Shown: one piece after another, positions 19,592 to 30,247 of the stretch | Layout of the letters: each line of letters begins with the position of its first letter | Position numbering within the stretch: the first letter of the stretch is position 1 | Origin: Acetobacteraceae bacterium | GTDB taxonomy: Bacteria > Pseudomonadota > Alphaproteobacteria > Acetobacterales > Acetobacteraceae | NCBI GenBank assembly: GCA_024280945.1 | Contig: JAMXLO010000046.1 | Location: 57,412-89,411, forward strand | DNA length: 32,000 nucleotides | Direction: 5' to 3' | Position numbers and translations under genes: made by a program | Notes under the pieces: generated by a model | The model's input: the letters and a program-made list of their open reading frames with translations, nothing else | What the model was told of the DNA's origin: nothing | The model's database searches: none

Positions 19592-21250
19592 CTAGTGAAT
19601 GAAGCTGAAGGCGACGGTGCTGGCCGGCTCCTCATAATACTCCAGATCGCGCCGCAGACGCCCGACCATCGCTTCTACATAGGGTGCCGTCGCACAGAGC
19701 TGCTGGAATTGCCGCTCGTTCAGGGTCAGCCCGGCGCGGCGACAGCTCGCGGCAATCTCGTCGCGCCGCACGGCGTCGATCTCGCATGGTGCCGGCTCGG
19801 GAACCAGAGGCAACGTGTTGGACACGGTGGCGTTTGGCTCCAGTGCGGGTCTCCGATTGCGCCAAGGTGTTGCCCCTTCGTAGGCATGCGCAACGCGCAA
19901 GACAGTCGCGTCGTCGAACGGGCGACCCACGATCTGCATCGATAACGGTAACCCACCGTCGGTGAAGCCGATGCATTGCGCCAGCGCCGGGCCGCCCAGC
20001 ACATTGAACGGCGTGGTGAGTGACGGCCGCTGCCAGAAGTTTATCGTGCGCCAGCTGTCGAGCCGCGGCGCCGGCCCCGGTCCTGCAGTCACCAGCACAT
20101 CGAATCTTGCGTAGAGCGGCGCCATTTCAGCGATCAGGACACGACGCCAGCGTGATGCTTGCACGTAGTCTGCGCCAGAGATCAGCAATGCCCCCAGCGT
20201 CCTACCAAGGAAATCCTCGCCGAAATCATTGAGCCGCGTGCGCAGCACTGGCTCATGCACGGCATAGAGTTCACTCTCGGCACCGGTGATCTTGACATCG
20301 TGATAGACCTGCGCCGGCCGGATTCGTGCGTCCTCGAGCGTAGCGCCAAGGCCGCGCAGGATATCGAAGCTGGCTTCCAGCGCCTCCTTTGCGACCGACG
20401 GAATCGGCGCATCTTCCTCAAACAGGTGGCGCAGCACGCCGATGCGCAGACCTTTGATACCGCCGGTCAGCGCGGAGCGATAATCCGTCACCGGCCGGTC
20501 CGCGCTCGCTGGATCCTTCGGATCGTGGCCGGCAATGGTCTGCAGCATGATCGCGCAATCTTCGACCGACCAGGTCATCGGGCCGGCGTGATCGTAGCTG
20601 AACGAATTCGTATAGATACCAAACCGGCTGACCAGGCCGTAGGTGGGCTTCAACCCGGCCAGTCCGCACAGGGCCGCTGGATTGCGGATTGAACCGCCCG
20701 TGTCCGACCCAAGCGCGCCCATCGCAAGGCCCGCCGCCACGCCGGCACCCGAACCGCTGGACGAACCGCCGGTGAAGTGCTGCCGATCCCACGGATTGCG
20801 CGCCGGCGGCCAGGGCAGGTCGAACGACGGCCCGCCATGGGCAAACTCATGCGTGGCGAGCTTGCCCAAAAGCACCGCGCCCGCCTGACGCAGCTTAGCG
20901 ACAGTGGTGGCGTCGGAATCGGGAACGTAATCGGCCCGCGTCCGCGAGTGGCTCGTCGTGCGGATGCCCGCTGTGCAGTAGATGTCCTTCAACGCGAAGG
21001 GAATGCCATGCATCGGGCCGCGATAATTGCCCGCCATGATTTCGGCCTCTGCCGCGCGGGCCTGGTCCAACGCCTGCTCGGCCGTCACCAGCAGATAGGC
21101 GTTGAGCTGCGGGTCGATCGCCGCGATGCGGTCCAGCAAGGCGCGCGTCAGCGTCACCGGTGAGAGCTGGCGTCGTTCGATCAAGCTGGCAGCTTCGGCG
21201 ATGGTCAAGAAGTGGAGGTCGGTCGTGAGATGAGCGACGTCGTTGGGCAT
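19592..21250 (-). CDS. Amidase-signature (GatA/AtzE-like) amidase with a C-terminal GatC/AtzG-like tail
   Basis: FALKDIY (catalytic Lys), the GGSSSGSGAGVAAG signature and GSDTGGSIR. The ATG at 21250 has GAGG 9 nt upstream; the track TTG at 21265 would overlap the upstream stop. An extra ~82 aa follows the amidase core. Confidence 0.85.
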   Translation of the reverse strand: MPNDVAHLTTDLHFLTIAEAASLIERRQLSPVTLTRALLDRIAAIDPQLNAYLLVTAEQALDQARAAEAEIMAGNYRGPMHGIPFALKDIYCTAGIRTTSHSRTRADYVPDSDATTVAKLRQAGAVLLGKLATHEFAHGGPSFDLPWPPARNPWDRQHFTGGSSSGSGAGVAAGLAMGALGSDTGGSIRNPAALCGLAGLKPTYGLVSRFGIYTNSFSYDHAGPMTWSVEDCAIMLQTIAGHDPKDPASADRPVTDYRSALTGGIKGLRIGVLRHLFEEDAPIPSVAKEALEASFDILRGLGATLEDARIRPAQVYHDVKITGAESELYAVHEPVLRTRLNDFGEDFLGRTLGALLISGADYVQASRWRRVLIAEMAPLYARFDVLVTAGPGPAPRLDSWRTINFWQRPSLTTPFNVLGGPALAQCIGFTDGGLPLSMQIVGRPFDDATVLRVAHAYEGATPWRNRRPALEPNATVSNTLPLVPEPAPCEIDAVRRDEIAASCRRAGLTLNERQFQQLCATAPYVEAMVGRLRRDLEYYEEPASTVAFSFIH

Positions 21251-21261
21251 CTGCAAGGGCC

Positions 21262-22685
21262 TCAAACAGCCGGCCGGGCGCGAATCTCGTCAGGCACCTT
21301 GCGCGGTAGGAACCGACCGTCCTTCAGATCGCCGAAGAACTGCCCACCCTCCATCATCACCTTGCCGCGCAGGACAGTCACGCTAGGCCACGCCGTCACG
21401 ACATGGCCTTCCCACGGCGTATAGTCGGTCTCATGCAGATCGGCGGCATGGATCGTCTTCTGCAAGCCGGTGTCCAGCACCACAATGTCGGCGTCCGAAC
21501 CGACCGCCAATGCGCCTTTACACGGATACATACCCATGATCTTTGCCGCATTGCTCGAAACCATGCCGGCAAAGTGCTCAAGCGAGTAGCCGCGTTGCGT
21601 CACCATCTGGGTGTACATCAGCGAGACGCGTGGTTCGACACCGGAATTCCCGCCTGTGGTGTCGTCGATGCGGGAGCCCTGCAACTTCACCCGCAGCGGA
21701 CAGCACAACTCGTCCGTCGCGATCACCTGGATCGCGCCGTGGTTGGTTGCCTCCCATAACGCCTTCTGGTCCTCCGGGAACTTGAGCGACGGATAGGTGT
21801 GGTACATCTGACCGCCCGGTTTTCGGTAGTCCTCGGCTGAGTACATGAGATATTGATGAAGCGTTTCGCCGTACATCGGGAAACCTCTTGCGCGTGACGC
21901 GGCCAGTGCCGCAACACCGGTCGCAGCCGAGACGTGCACCATGTAGAGCGCTGCACCCTCTACACGTTCGGCCAAGCGTATCACGCGATTGAACGACAGT
22001 TCCTCCGACAAGGTATTGTGGACCTCGGCCATGTGTTCGAAGCCTACGCGGTTTTCCCGCATCAGCTTCTCGTACATGAACATGACGATGTCATTGTCCT
22101 CCGCGTGAATTGCAGCGACGCCACCAGCTTTCGCGACTGTCTTCAACGCTTCCCAGATATCACCATACTGCACCATCCGACCGGTATTGCCCGGGCGGAT
22201 GTCTGTGGTGAATATCTTGATGCTGGCATGACCTGCCTGCATCGCCTCAGCTAGCTCATCGTACTGGCCGACCGGGATCTTTCCCATCAGTGTCAGGTGA
22301 AAGCCATAATCGCAGTAGCATGCACCCTTCCAGTTGGCATCAGTCTGCTCGATGGCGGTCTGGATCGAGCGGTCATGCGTGCACTGCACGAAGTCAATTA
22401 GCGATGTGGTGCCACCAAACAGCGCAGCGCGACTGACCTGCGCCGGCGGATCAGTATATTTTGGCTCGACTTCACCGGGAAACCGGATCGGCGACAGGCA
22501 GTGGATGTGTGGATCGATACCTCCAGGGATCACGACCTTGCCAGTCGCATTGACCGTGTGCGTAGACGCACCCAGAGAGCCTGGCGCACCAATCACAGCA
22601 ATCTTGCCGCCGGTGACGCCGATATCAACCTGGGCCGTGCCACTCGGCAACACGCAGATGCCACCCGATATCACAAGGTCCAGCA

Positions 22686-22686
<1 letters not shown>
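21262..22686 (-). CDS. Dihydropyrimidinase/D-hydantoinase-like cyclic amidohydrolase
   Basis: 474 aa. GGIDPHIHC metal motif, SIKIF (putative carbamylated Lys), AIHAED, MVHVS and IATDE. Its start codon shares 1 nt with the upstream gene's stop (TAATG). Confidence 0.85.
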
Positions 22687-23693
<1,007 letters not shown>

Positions 23694-24092
23694 GTCCCGC
23701 TCATCCCATCACACGTGCGTGCGATTGGAAATCCCGGCCACCACCACCGTCAGCGCCGCTGGGGACCGGCCGATCAACAAGGACCAATGACTTCCGAACC
23801 AATGTCGGACAACACCGGCGAATCGCTGGGCTGGGATCCATGTCGCTCTCTTCGGTTGTCGGACCAGTAGAACAGGGGCAGAATCGAGAATACGATATCG
23901 TCGCCGTTCGCATCGGCCTTTGGAGTTCGGTGAGCTGAGTGACGGTTCGTTGCCCGCGGGACTAAGCGCCCACCGTCAGACGCGCTGTGCGAAGCTGAAT
24001 GGGACCGGCGCAAGCGCATCGGTCCGGCGCGCCGCGAAACTGAGCATGTGACTGGTGCGCTAAATAGCGAGCCAACGAATGGAGGAAGCGAC

Positions 24093-24917
24093 GTGAGCAA
24101 GACCGCGCCATCCAAATCTATCACCCCATCCGCGATTAAAGCGCGCAAGGGCGGTCCGGCCATCGTCTGCCTGACCAGCTACACGGCGCCGATGGCCCAG
24201 CTTGTAGACCCGCATGTCGATCTGATTTTGGTCGGCGATTCCTTGGCGATGACCATTTATGGCATGACGACCACCGTCGGAGTAACGCAAGAGATGATGA
24301 TCGCGCACGGTCGCGCAGTTGTCGGCACCTCGTCTCACGCATGCGTGGTCGTGGACTTACCATTTGGATCGTACGAGGAGTCTCCGGCACAGGCATTTCG
24401 CACGGCGGCGCGGATCATGACCGAGACCGGCTGTGCTGCGGTCAAGCTGGAGGGCGGCATGACGATGGCCGAGACGATTCACTTCCTGACATCTCGAGGT
24501 ATCCCGGTGATGGCGCATATCGGCCTAACCCCGCAGGCAGTGAACGCGTTGGGCGGTTATTCCGTGCGCGGTCGATCCGACGTCGAGGCGACCGCAATCA
24601 TGAGGGATGCGGAGGCGGTCGCGGAGGCTGGTGCTTTCAGCGTCGTAATAGAAAAGACAACCGAGCCGCTCGCGCGCGCCATCACGGAGCGGATTGCGTC
24701 ACCGACCATCGGCATTGGCGCATCAGCGGTTTGCGACGGCCAGATCCTGGTGGTTGACGACCTGATTGGGTTGTTCACGGACTTCCGCCCGAAATTCGTT
24801 CGTCGCTACGCTGAAGTTGCTCAGTCAATCGAGGCGGCCATCGTCAATTATGCCTCAGACGTCCGAGCGCGGCGGTTTCCCACGCCAGAGCACGTTTTCC
24901 AAGCACACAGTCATTGA
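24093..24917 (+). CDS. panB: 3-methyl-2-oxobutanoate hydroxymethyltransferase
   Basis: The GTG at 24093 has GGAGGA 6 nt upstream; the track start at 24048 lacks an SD. Motifs [30 protein letters not shown]. Confidence 0.88.
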   Translation: MSKTAPSKSITPSAIKARKGGPAIVCLTSYTAPMAQLVDPHVDLILVGDSLAMTIYGMTTTVGVTQEMMIAHGRAVVGTSSHACVVVDLPFGSYEESPAQAFRTAARIMTETGCAAVKLEGGMTMAETIHFLTSRGIPVMAHIGLTPQAVNALGGYSVRGRSDVEATAIMRDAEAVAEAGAFSVVIEKTTEPLARAITERIASPTIGIGASAVCDGQILVVDDLIGLFTDFRPKFVRRYAEVAQSIEAAIVNYASDVRARRFPTPEHVFQAHSH

Positions 24918-25237
24918 TGGCATAAACGCGGCGAAATGCATGCATGGCTTGCCAACTGGCCAACCGTGGCGTTGCAGCGGGCGCCAATCACGGTATTCCC
25001 GTGGAAGGGCCAGTGGAGCTTAAACAACACAAGATCGAGCGGCTCCGCGTTTCCTACAGATGGACGCACCGATGCGTGCTGCTGCTGCGCAATAGCTGTT
25101 CTCGCATCAGCTGACACGGCAAAGTCCGTGGCCGTCGCGAAAGCACGGCGCCGACTGCGTATGCGCCCATAATCAACGGGCATCTTACATTGAGTAGGCT
25201 GCGCCCGGCGTTGGGATCGGCGCGGTTCGCAGATTAA

Positions 25238-26800
25238 TCAGCCGTCGCCAGTTGCTGCGGCGAAGCGCGCAATCCGCCGTTCTGTATAAAACTCAAACGA
25301 GTCGAGCTCCTCCTCAACCACATGGAAGGCATCGTCGCCAATCGCACCACGCCTCCGCAACTCGATCAGCGCGTGACGCTGCACGGAGACAACATGTCGA
25401 CGAGCCGCCAACAGCGTCTCGTCTCTGCTCTCTGCACGTCCTTCGCTTTGGCGCAGTAGTGCCAGATGTTCCTCCCTGAGCAGGTCGATCGGACCATCCA
25501 GTTGCGCCAGCGCCTCCAGCGCGACTTCTGCGGTCCGCCGACGTGCGAGCTGCGTCTCCGCCTCGATTTCGCCTGTGTCCGCCAGCTTCAATCGTAGCAT
25601 CAACGGACGCAGGCTCAGACCCTGAACCACCAATGTGCCGAGCACGACACCGTACGCAGACAGCAGGATGAGGTCGCGATAGGGAAAATCCTGCGGTAGA
25701 GCAAGCGCCGTTGCCAGCGTGACGATTCCTCGCATGCCGCACCATGCAATCACCAGACCCGTACCAATGGTCGGCGGCGTGACATGTGGATGCAGCACCT
25801 GCGGGAAATAACGGTTTCTCCAGCGGGCGACGGCGTTGTAGCTCATAACCCACGCCACACGCACCAGCACAACGACAAGGAGGACGGCGCCCGCGAAGGC
25901 AAATGCACGTATACCGACGATGCTGTGCAGACCAGTCAGGATCGGGCGCAGCTGCAGCCCCGCCATGATAAAGGCGAGAACATTCAGCACGAATACCGCG
26001 ACCTCCCATACCGCATAGGAAGGAATCCGGTTGATCGCGCCCAACCGGGTAGGCGCGATGCGAGCCAAGGTAATCGCATAGCAGACCAAGGTGATGATCG
26101 GGGAGAGCGCTAGCTCATCAGCGAGAATCCAGACTGCGAAGGTCGATGTGAACTGACAGATCACGGTTGTCGGCAGGTCAGCGATACGACGCAAGAGACG
26201 TGGAACAACGGTTCCCAGTGCGACCCCAAGGATGGCGCTGCCGATAACAGCGCCAAGTGCGGCCGGCAGAGTAATCAAACCTGTCCAGGTTCCTGCTGCA
26301 GCGAGGAGGGCGCCACGATAGATCAACAGCGCGGTTGCATCATTCAGCAGGCTCTCGCCCTCGAGAATCACCAACGCCCGATGCGGTAGACGCAGTGAGC
26401 GCAGAATGGCGGTGGCAGCCGAGGCATCCGGAGGAGAGACGATGGCGCCAAGCGCGATTGCGACCGACCAAGGCATGTCCGGCCGCAATACCCGAGCCAG
26501 ACCGGCGACCGCCGCTACCGTCAACACGACGGCGATAACGGCGCTCGCCGCGATCGGCATCCAGTAAATGCGGAGATCCCGCAGCGACATGTCGTATGCG
26601 GCGTCGAGCAGGGTTGGCGCAACGAAGAGCGTCATCACCAGCTGCGGTTCCAGCGCCAGCACGGGCGTGCCTGGGATCAGTGCGAGTACTGCGCCGGCAA
26701 TGGCAAGAAAAGCCGGATAAGGTGCCTGAAGTCGCCGTGCCCACGCAGACAGCGCAGCACCCACCAGCAGCAGCGCCACGGTAATCTCAAACAAGCCCAT
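25238..26800 (-). CDS. Na+/H+ antiporter, CPA1 family
   Basis: 520 aa from the inner ATG at 26800. There are 11-12 hydrophobic segments (LEGESLLNDATALL, CGMRGIVTLATALALP), then a charged cytoplasmic C-terminal domain. Confidence 0.85.
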   Translation of the reverse strand: MGLFEITVALLLVGAALSAWARRLQAPYPAFLAIAGAVLALIPGTPVLALEPQLVMTLFVAPTLLDAAYDMSLRDLRIYWMPIAASAVIAVVLTVAAVAGLARVLRPDMPWSVAIALGAIVSPPDASAATAILRSLRLPHRALVILEGESLLNDATALLIYRGALLAAAGTWTGLITLPAALGAVIGSAILGVALGTVVPRLLRRIADLPTTVICQFTSTFAVWILADELALSPIITLVCYAITLARIAPTRLGAINRIPSYAVWEVAVFVLNVLAFIMAGLQLRPILTGLHSIVGIRAFAFAGAVLLVVVLVRVAWVMSYNAVARWRNRYFPQVLHPHVTPPTIGTGLVIAWCGMRGIVTLATALALPQDFPYRDLILLSAYGVVLGTLVVQGLSLRPLMLRLKLADTGEIEAETQLARRRTAEVALEALAQLDGPIDLLREEHLALLRQSEGRAESRDETLLAARRHVVSVQRHALIELRRRGAIGDDAFHVVEEELDSFEFYTERRIARFAAATGDG

Positions 26801-27029
26801 AGTCGATTGCCGTCCAGTAGAAGGTAACCTCGTATGGTAGCAGTCACGACCGGAGTTGAGAGAGCCCATATGAAATTGCCCGGCAAGATCGTGCTGCTGG
26901 CCGCACTACTTTTGCCTATTTCAATACTTCCGCACCCTCTGCGGTCGTCGAGAGGATGATCGTGAGACTCCAAGCCGACCGGATGAAGCTACAGTTCCGC
27001 GATTCACCCAGCCCTACTTTACTTCGCGT

Positions 27030-27929
27030 TCAGAGTGCGTCCGCCACCGCGTCGCGATACGCCCGCAGTGCGGCCAGGTGGTCGGCTGCGGCGTGGCCGG
27101 TGATGCGGTGATGGTGGCGACGATTGAACGTCGTTGTCAGGCAGATATGCGACGCTCCGGCTGACTTCCAGAATGCCACCTCCTTGCGCCAGTCGGCCGG
27201 TGTCCCGGTCCCGCAGGACGTCCATACCTCGATGCCGATCGCTGCCGGTTCGCGGCCTTCCGCACGGGTCAGCGCATGCAGCTTGCCGATGACCTCAAGT
27301 GCCGTGTGATCCGGCGGATAGGCATTGGGCATCCAGCCGTCACCCCACTTGGCGATCCGCGGAAGCGTCGCGTCATGGTGGCCGCCGAACCAGATAGGCA
27401 CGTGACCCGATGGTGGGCGCGGATTGATTCCCGCATCGTCAATGGTGTGATAGCGGCCGTTGAACGTGACGTGGTCCTGCTTCCACAGCGCCTGCATGAC
27501 CTGTACCTGCTCTTCCGAGCGGCGCCCGCGGTTGCGAAAATTCTCGTTCAGTCCGACGAACTCAACCTCGTTCCAGCCGACGCCGATGCCGAGACGGAAG
27601 CGGCCGCCGCACAGTACGTCCAGCGACGCGGCCTGCTTCGCGACCAGCACCGTCTGGCGTTGCGGCAGGATCAGCACCCCGGTAGAAAAGCCGAGCTTCC
27701 TGGTGCAGCCGGCAAGGAAGCCGAACAGCACAAACGGGTCGTGGAACAGATCCTTCGAGGTGTTGCGGCTCATGTCCCAATCGGCGCGTGAGGCAGCATT
27801 TACGCCGAGCACGTGATCGGGCGCCTCCAGAAAGTCATAGCCCATTGCTTCGACCGCCTGTGCGTAGTCACGCACGACGGATGGTTCGCCACCGATGTCG
27901 CCGAGTGGAACCAGTGCGCCTAGTTGCAT
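27030..27929 (-). CDS. Luciferase-like (LLM class, TIGR03619-like) flavin/F420-type oxidoreductase
   Basis: 299 aa. GGAGA lies 6 nt upstream. Pattern GYDF.E.PDHV, ILPQRQTVLVAKQAASLDVL.GGRF.LGIGVGW, and F.G.....D....PRP....PIWFGG. Confidence 0.8.
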   Translation of the reverse strand: MQLGALVPLGDIGGEPSVVRDYAQAVEAMGYDFLEAPDHVLGVNAASRADWDMSRNTSKDLFHDPFVLFGFLAGCTRKLGFSTGVLILPQRQTVLVAKQAASLDVLCGGRFRLGIGVGWNEVEFVGLNENFRNRGRRSEEQVQVMQALWKQDHVTFNGRYHTIDDAGINPRPPSGHVPIWFGGHHDATLPRIAKWGDGWMPNAYPPDHTALEVIGKLHALTRAEGREPAAIGIEVWTSCGTGTPADWRKEVAFWKSAGASHICLTTTFNRRHHHRITGHAAADHLAALRAYRDAVADAL

Positions 27930-27942
27930 TTGCTATCTCCGC

Positions 27943-28875
27943 TCACTTATCGGCGTCCAGCACCGCCTTCAGCTTATCAGGCGCCACGGCAATGGGATCG
28001 ATCCCTGCCCGCTCCTGCTGCAGCAGCATGCTGATACGCGAGTCGCGCTGGGCCCAGCCGCGGCCCAGCGCCTCGGTCAGCTCCTGGTGTGCCAGGTTGG
28101 TCAGCCGCATCGGCACGCCGACCTCGCGCGCCAACTGACAGGCCAGCGAGACATCCTTGTGCAGCAGGCGCAGCGCAAAATCGGGCGGGTCGTAAATACC
28201 GGTGAGGAAACCCCGGGACATGCGGTCGAACAACCGGGCACGTCCGCCGGCTCCCTGGCGGATCGCCTCCCACAGCGGCAGCGGCTCGACGCCGGCCTTT
28301 ACGCCCATGGTGAACACTTCCGCCAGTACTGTGCTCACGGCAGCACCGGCCGCGTTGTGCACCAGCTTGGCGATCGAGCCGGCGCCAATCGGGCCAATAT
28401 AGCGTGCTGCGTCGCCCATAGCGTCGAGCACCCTCTGATACTGATCGAACACCGCCTTGTCGCCACCGACCCAGATCGCCAGCCGCCCGCTATTGGCGCC
28501 ACTGGGCCCACCGCTCACCGGCGCATCGAGAAATGCCACGCCCTGTTCTCCCAGTTGCGCATGCAGCTTGCGCACCACATCCACCGCGTTGGTGGACAGG
28601 TCGAACCAGGCCGCGCCCTTGCGGAAGCCCAAGGACAGGCCGTTCTCACCCATACCCACCTTCTCGACGTCTGCCGGTGTCGGCAGCGACGTGAATACCA
28701 GGTCCACCTGCTGCGCCACCGCACGTGGGCTGTCGGCCCAGGTGGCACCGTTCGCCAGATGACGTGACGCGGCCTGGCGCGACAGATCGTGGACAATAAG
28801 CTGATGACCGGCCTTCTGCAGGTTGCTCGCCATTCCGGCGCCCATCATGCCAAGTCCGATGAATCCGATCTGCAT
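27943..28875 (-). CDS. NAD(P)-dependent beta-hydroxyacid dehydrogenase (3-hydroxyisobutyrate dehydrogenase family)
   Basis: 310 aa. GAGGAG lies upstream. IGFIGLGMMGAGMASNL Rossmann motif, DAPVSGG, and the KLVHN..GA segment. It ends 13 nt before the LLM gene. Confidence 0.85.
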   Translation of the reverse strand: MQIGFIGLGMMGAGMASNLQKAGHQLIVHDLSRQAASRHLANGATWADSPRAVAQQVDLVFTSLPTPADVEKVGMGENGLSLGFRKGAAWFDLSTNAVDVVRKLHAQLGEQGVAFLDAPVSGGPSGANSGRLAIWVGGDKAVFDQYQRVLDAMGDAARYIGPIGAGSIAKLVHNAAGAAVSTVLAEVFTMGVKAGVEPLPLWEAIRQGAGGRARLFDRMSRGFLTGIYDPPDFALRLLHKDVSLACQLAREVGVPMRLTNLAHQELTEALGRGWAQRDSRISMLLQQERAGIDPIAVAPDKLKAVLDADK

Positions 28876-28987
28876 CGTCCGCTCCTCTCACGCATTCACG
28901 ATCGAATTGTGGTCCGGAGCAGGTCTGTGCTCAAGCCGGCAAACCGAGATCATGCAGCGGCTTGCCGCTGCGATTCAGTCCTATGCC

Positions 28988-29155
28988 ATTCTGCGACCCA
29001 CAGATGGACCACCCAATCAGGCTGAGCGTCCAAAGCCTCGATCGGAATGACAAAGCCGCGGCGGCCGATGCCTATCGTGTCATGCAGCAGCTCGGATCGG
29101 CCACCGATACTCAGACATCGAAACTCGCGTCGCAATCGCGACTGGGTCGCAGAAT
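28988..29155. repeat. 13-bp perfect inverted repeat pair flanking about 142 bp
   Basis: attctgcgaccca (28988..29000) and tgggtcgcagaat (29143..29155). They lie in the 378-bp gap between the EthD and dehydrogenase genes. Confidence 0.5.
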
Positions 29156-29253
29156 GTAATGATCAGGCGTGGACGTCGAACAGACTGAGGTGATACGGGC
29201 CGATTGTGTCGGGCGATTGAGAACGAAGCCCTTGTTGACCAGGTCGCCGAGGG

Positions 29254-29880
29254 TCACACCAAGCGGTGCTCTTCGACGACGAAATAAGCGGTCCCCGTGT
29301 CCGCGCCTGCAAGCGCACATTCCAGATCGACCAAACTGGGAAATGCCAGTTCGGCCAATCCGGCCGCCGTGACCGGCAAATGGGGAATTGTGCTGTTCGG
29401 TGCGGGCCCCTGCTCCAGCACGTAATACAGCACCAGCCCGGCAAGCCGGGACAGACCCCGCGCCTCATCAGCGAAGCGATCCAGAGCTGCGTCATCGCGC
29501 TGCTCGCCGGGCAGCAGCGCAATCAGCTTCAGGCGCCCGGCAGCCGCGGCCTGCGGCAGGATAACACGCGATTCGCAAATGACCCGCGAGACAGCACCGA
29601 TAAACTCGCGCGAATCGATGTTGCAGGCTGCCATCTCGGGCGAGTGATGCGCACGAAGCCGATCCCGATCGTTTTCAAACCGCAGGATCGGGAAGCCGTC
29701 GATGTTCATCCGGCGGGCACGCTCGTTCATCGCCGGCGATGCGATGACGTGGTCCTGCACGTAGCCGCGCAGCGCCGGGAAGGCACAGACCAGCGGGCCG
29801 TGCACATCCAGCCAATGGCGGCGGAAGGCCGTCAGCCTCACGTCATCGCGCCGCCGCATCAGGCTGATCGCTGCGATCAT
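29254..29880 (-). CDS. Tandem EthD-domain protein (dimeric alpha/beta-barrel fold)
   Basis: The ATG at 29880 is 4 nt after the GYD stop. The first half, IAAISLMRRRDDVRLTAFRRHWLDVHGPLV..FPALRGYVQ.HV, is the EthD pattern. The second half (LKLIALLPGEQRDD...) repeats the fold. Confidence 0.7.
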   Translation of the reverse strand: MIAAISLMRRRDDVRLTAFRRHWLDVHGPLVCAFPALRGYVQDHVIASPAMNERARRMNIDGFPILRFENDRDRLRAHHSPEMAACNIDSREFIGAVSRVICESRVILPQAAAAGRLKLIALLPGEQRDDAALDRFADEARGLSRLAGLVLYYVLEQGPAPNSTIPHLPVTAAGLAELAFPSLVDLECALAGADTGTAYFVVEEHRLV

Positions 29881-29884
29881 CGGC

Positions 29885-30178
29885 TCAGCGCAGCGAGTTG
29901 ACAATCTGCCGGAACGCCTCCTCCGGGAATGCCTTCAGCGACGTGGTGCGCACGTTGCCAAGCTTGCCCAGCATCAACGTGAAGCGCGCGGCCACCGCAT
30001 CGTCCGGTGCATCGTAGATCATGATCAGATCGTAGTCGCCCATCGTCATGTAGACCGAGCGGAACTGACCGCCCATCTCCTCCAGCGTCTTCTTGGCGAC
30101 ATCGACGCGTCTCGGACTTTCGCCAATGGCGCGCATGCCCTGTTCGGTCCAGTTGGCGAGCATGACATAGGTCGGCAT
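29885..30178 (-). CDS. GYD-domain protein
   Basis: 97 aa. Strong AGGAGGGA SD. MPTYVMLANWTEQG......ESP.R.........E..GG...S.Y.TMGDYD......APDD contains the eponymous GDYD motif. Confidence 0.75.
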   Translation of the reverse strand: MPTYVMLANWTEQGMRAIGESPRRVDVAKKTLEEMGGQFRSVYMTMGDYDLIMIYDAPDDAVAARFTLMLGKLGNVRTTSLKAFPEEAFRQIVNSLR

Positions 30179-30200
30179 GGTCCGTCCCTCCTACTCAGTC

Positions 30201-30212
30201 CTTGGCGCCAAG
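30201..30212. promoter_or_regulatory. Perfect 12-bp palindrome in a 69-bp divergent intergenic region (operator candidate)
   Basis: cttggcgccaag is centred in the only non-coding DNA between the GYD (-) and LVIVD (+) start codons. Confidence 0.3.
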
Positions 30213-30247
30213 CCTAAGCTGTTCACTGACCAGGAGGGAAGCAAGCC

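Noticed and set aside
23694-23960. A cobalamin riboswitch or a Zur box in the leader of the COG0523 gene.
   Set aside because: I read the minus-strand leader and found no B12-box-like GCCACTG / AGYCMGG..CCKGCC elements and no extended AT-rich Zur-type palindrome. Only a 10-bp ACGATATCGT palindrome is present, reported separately at low interest.
24911-25183. 90-aa minus-strand ORF between panB and the antiporter gene.
   Set aside because: Third-position GC is only moderate. There is no SD or motif, and it overlaps the panB stop. It is likely non-coding spacer between convergent genes.
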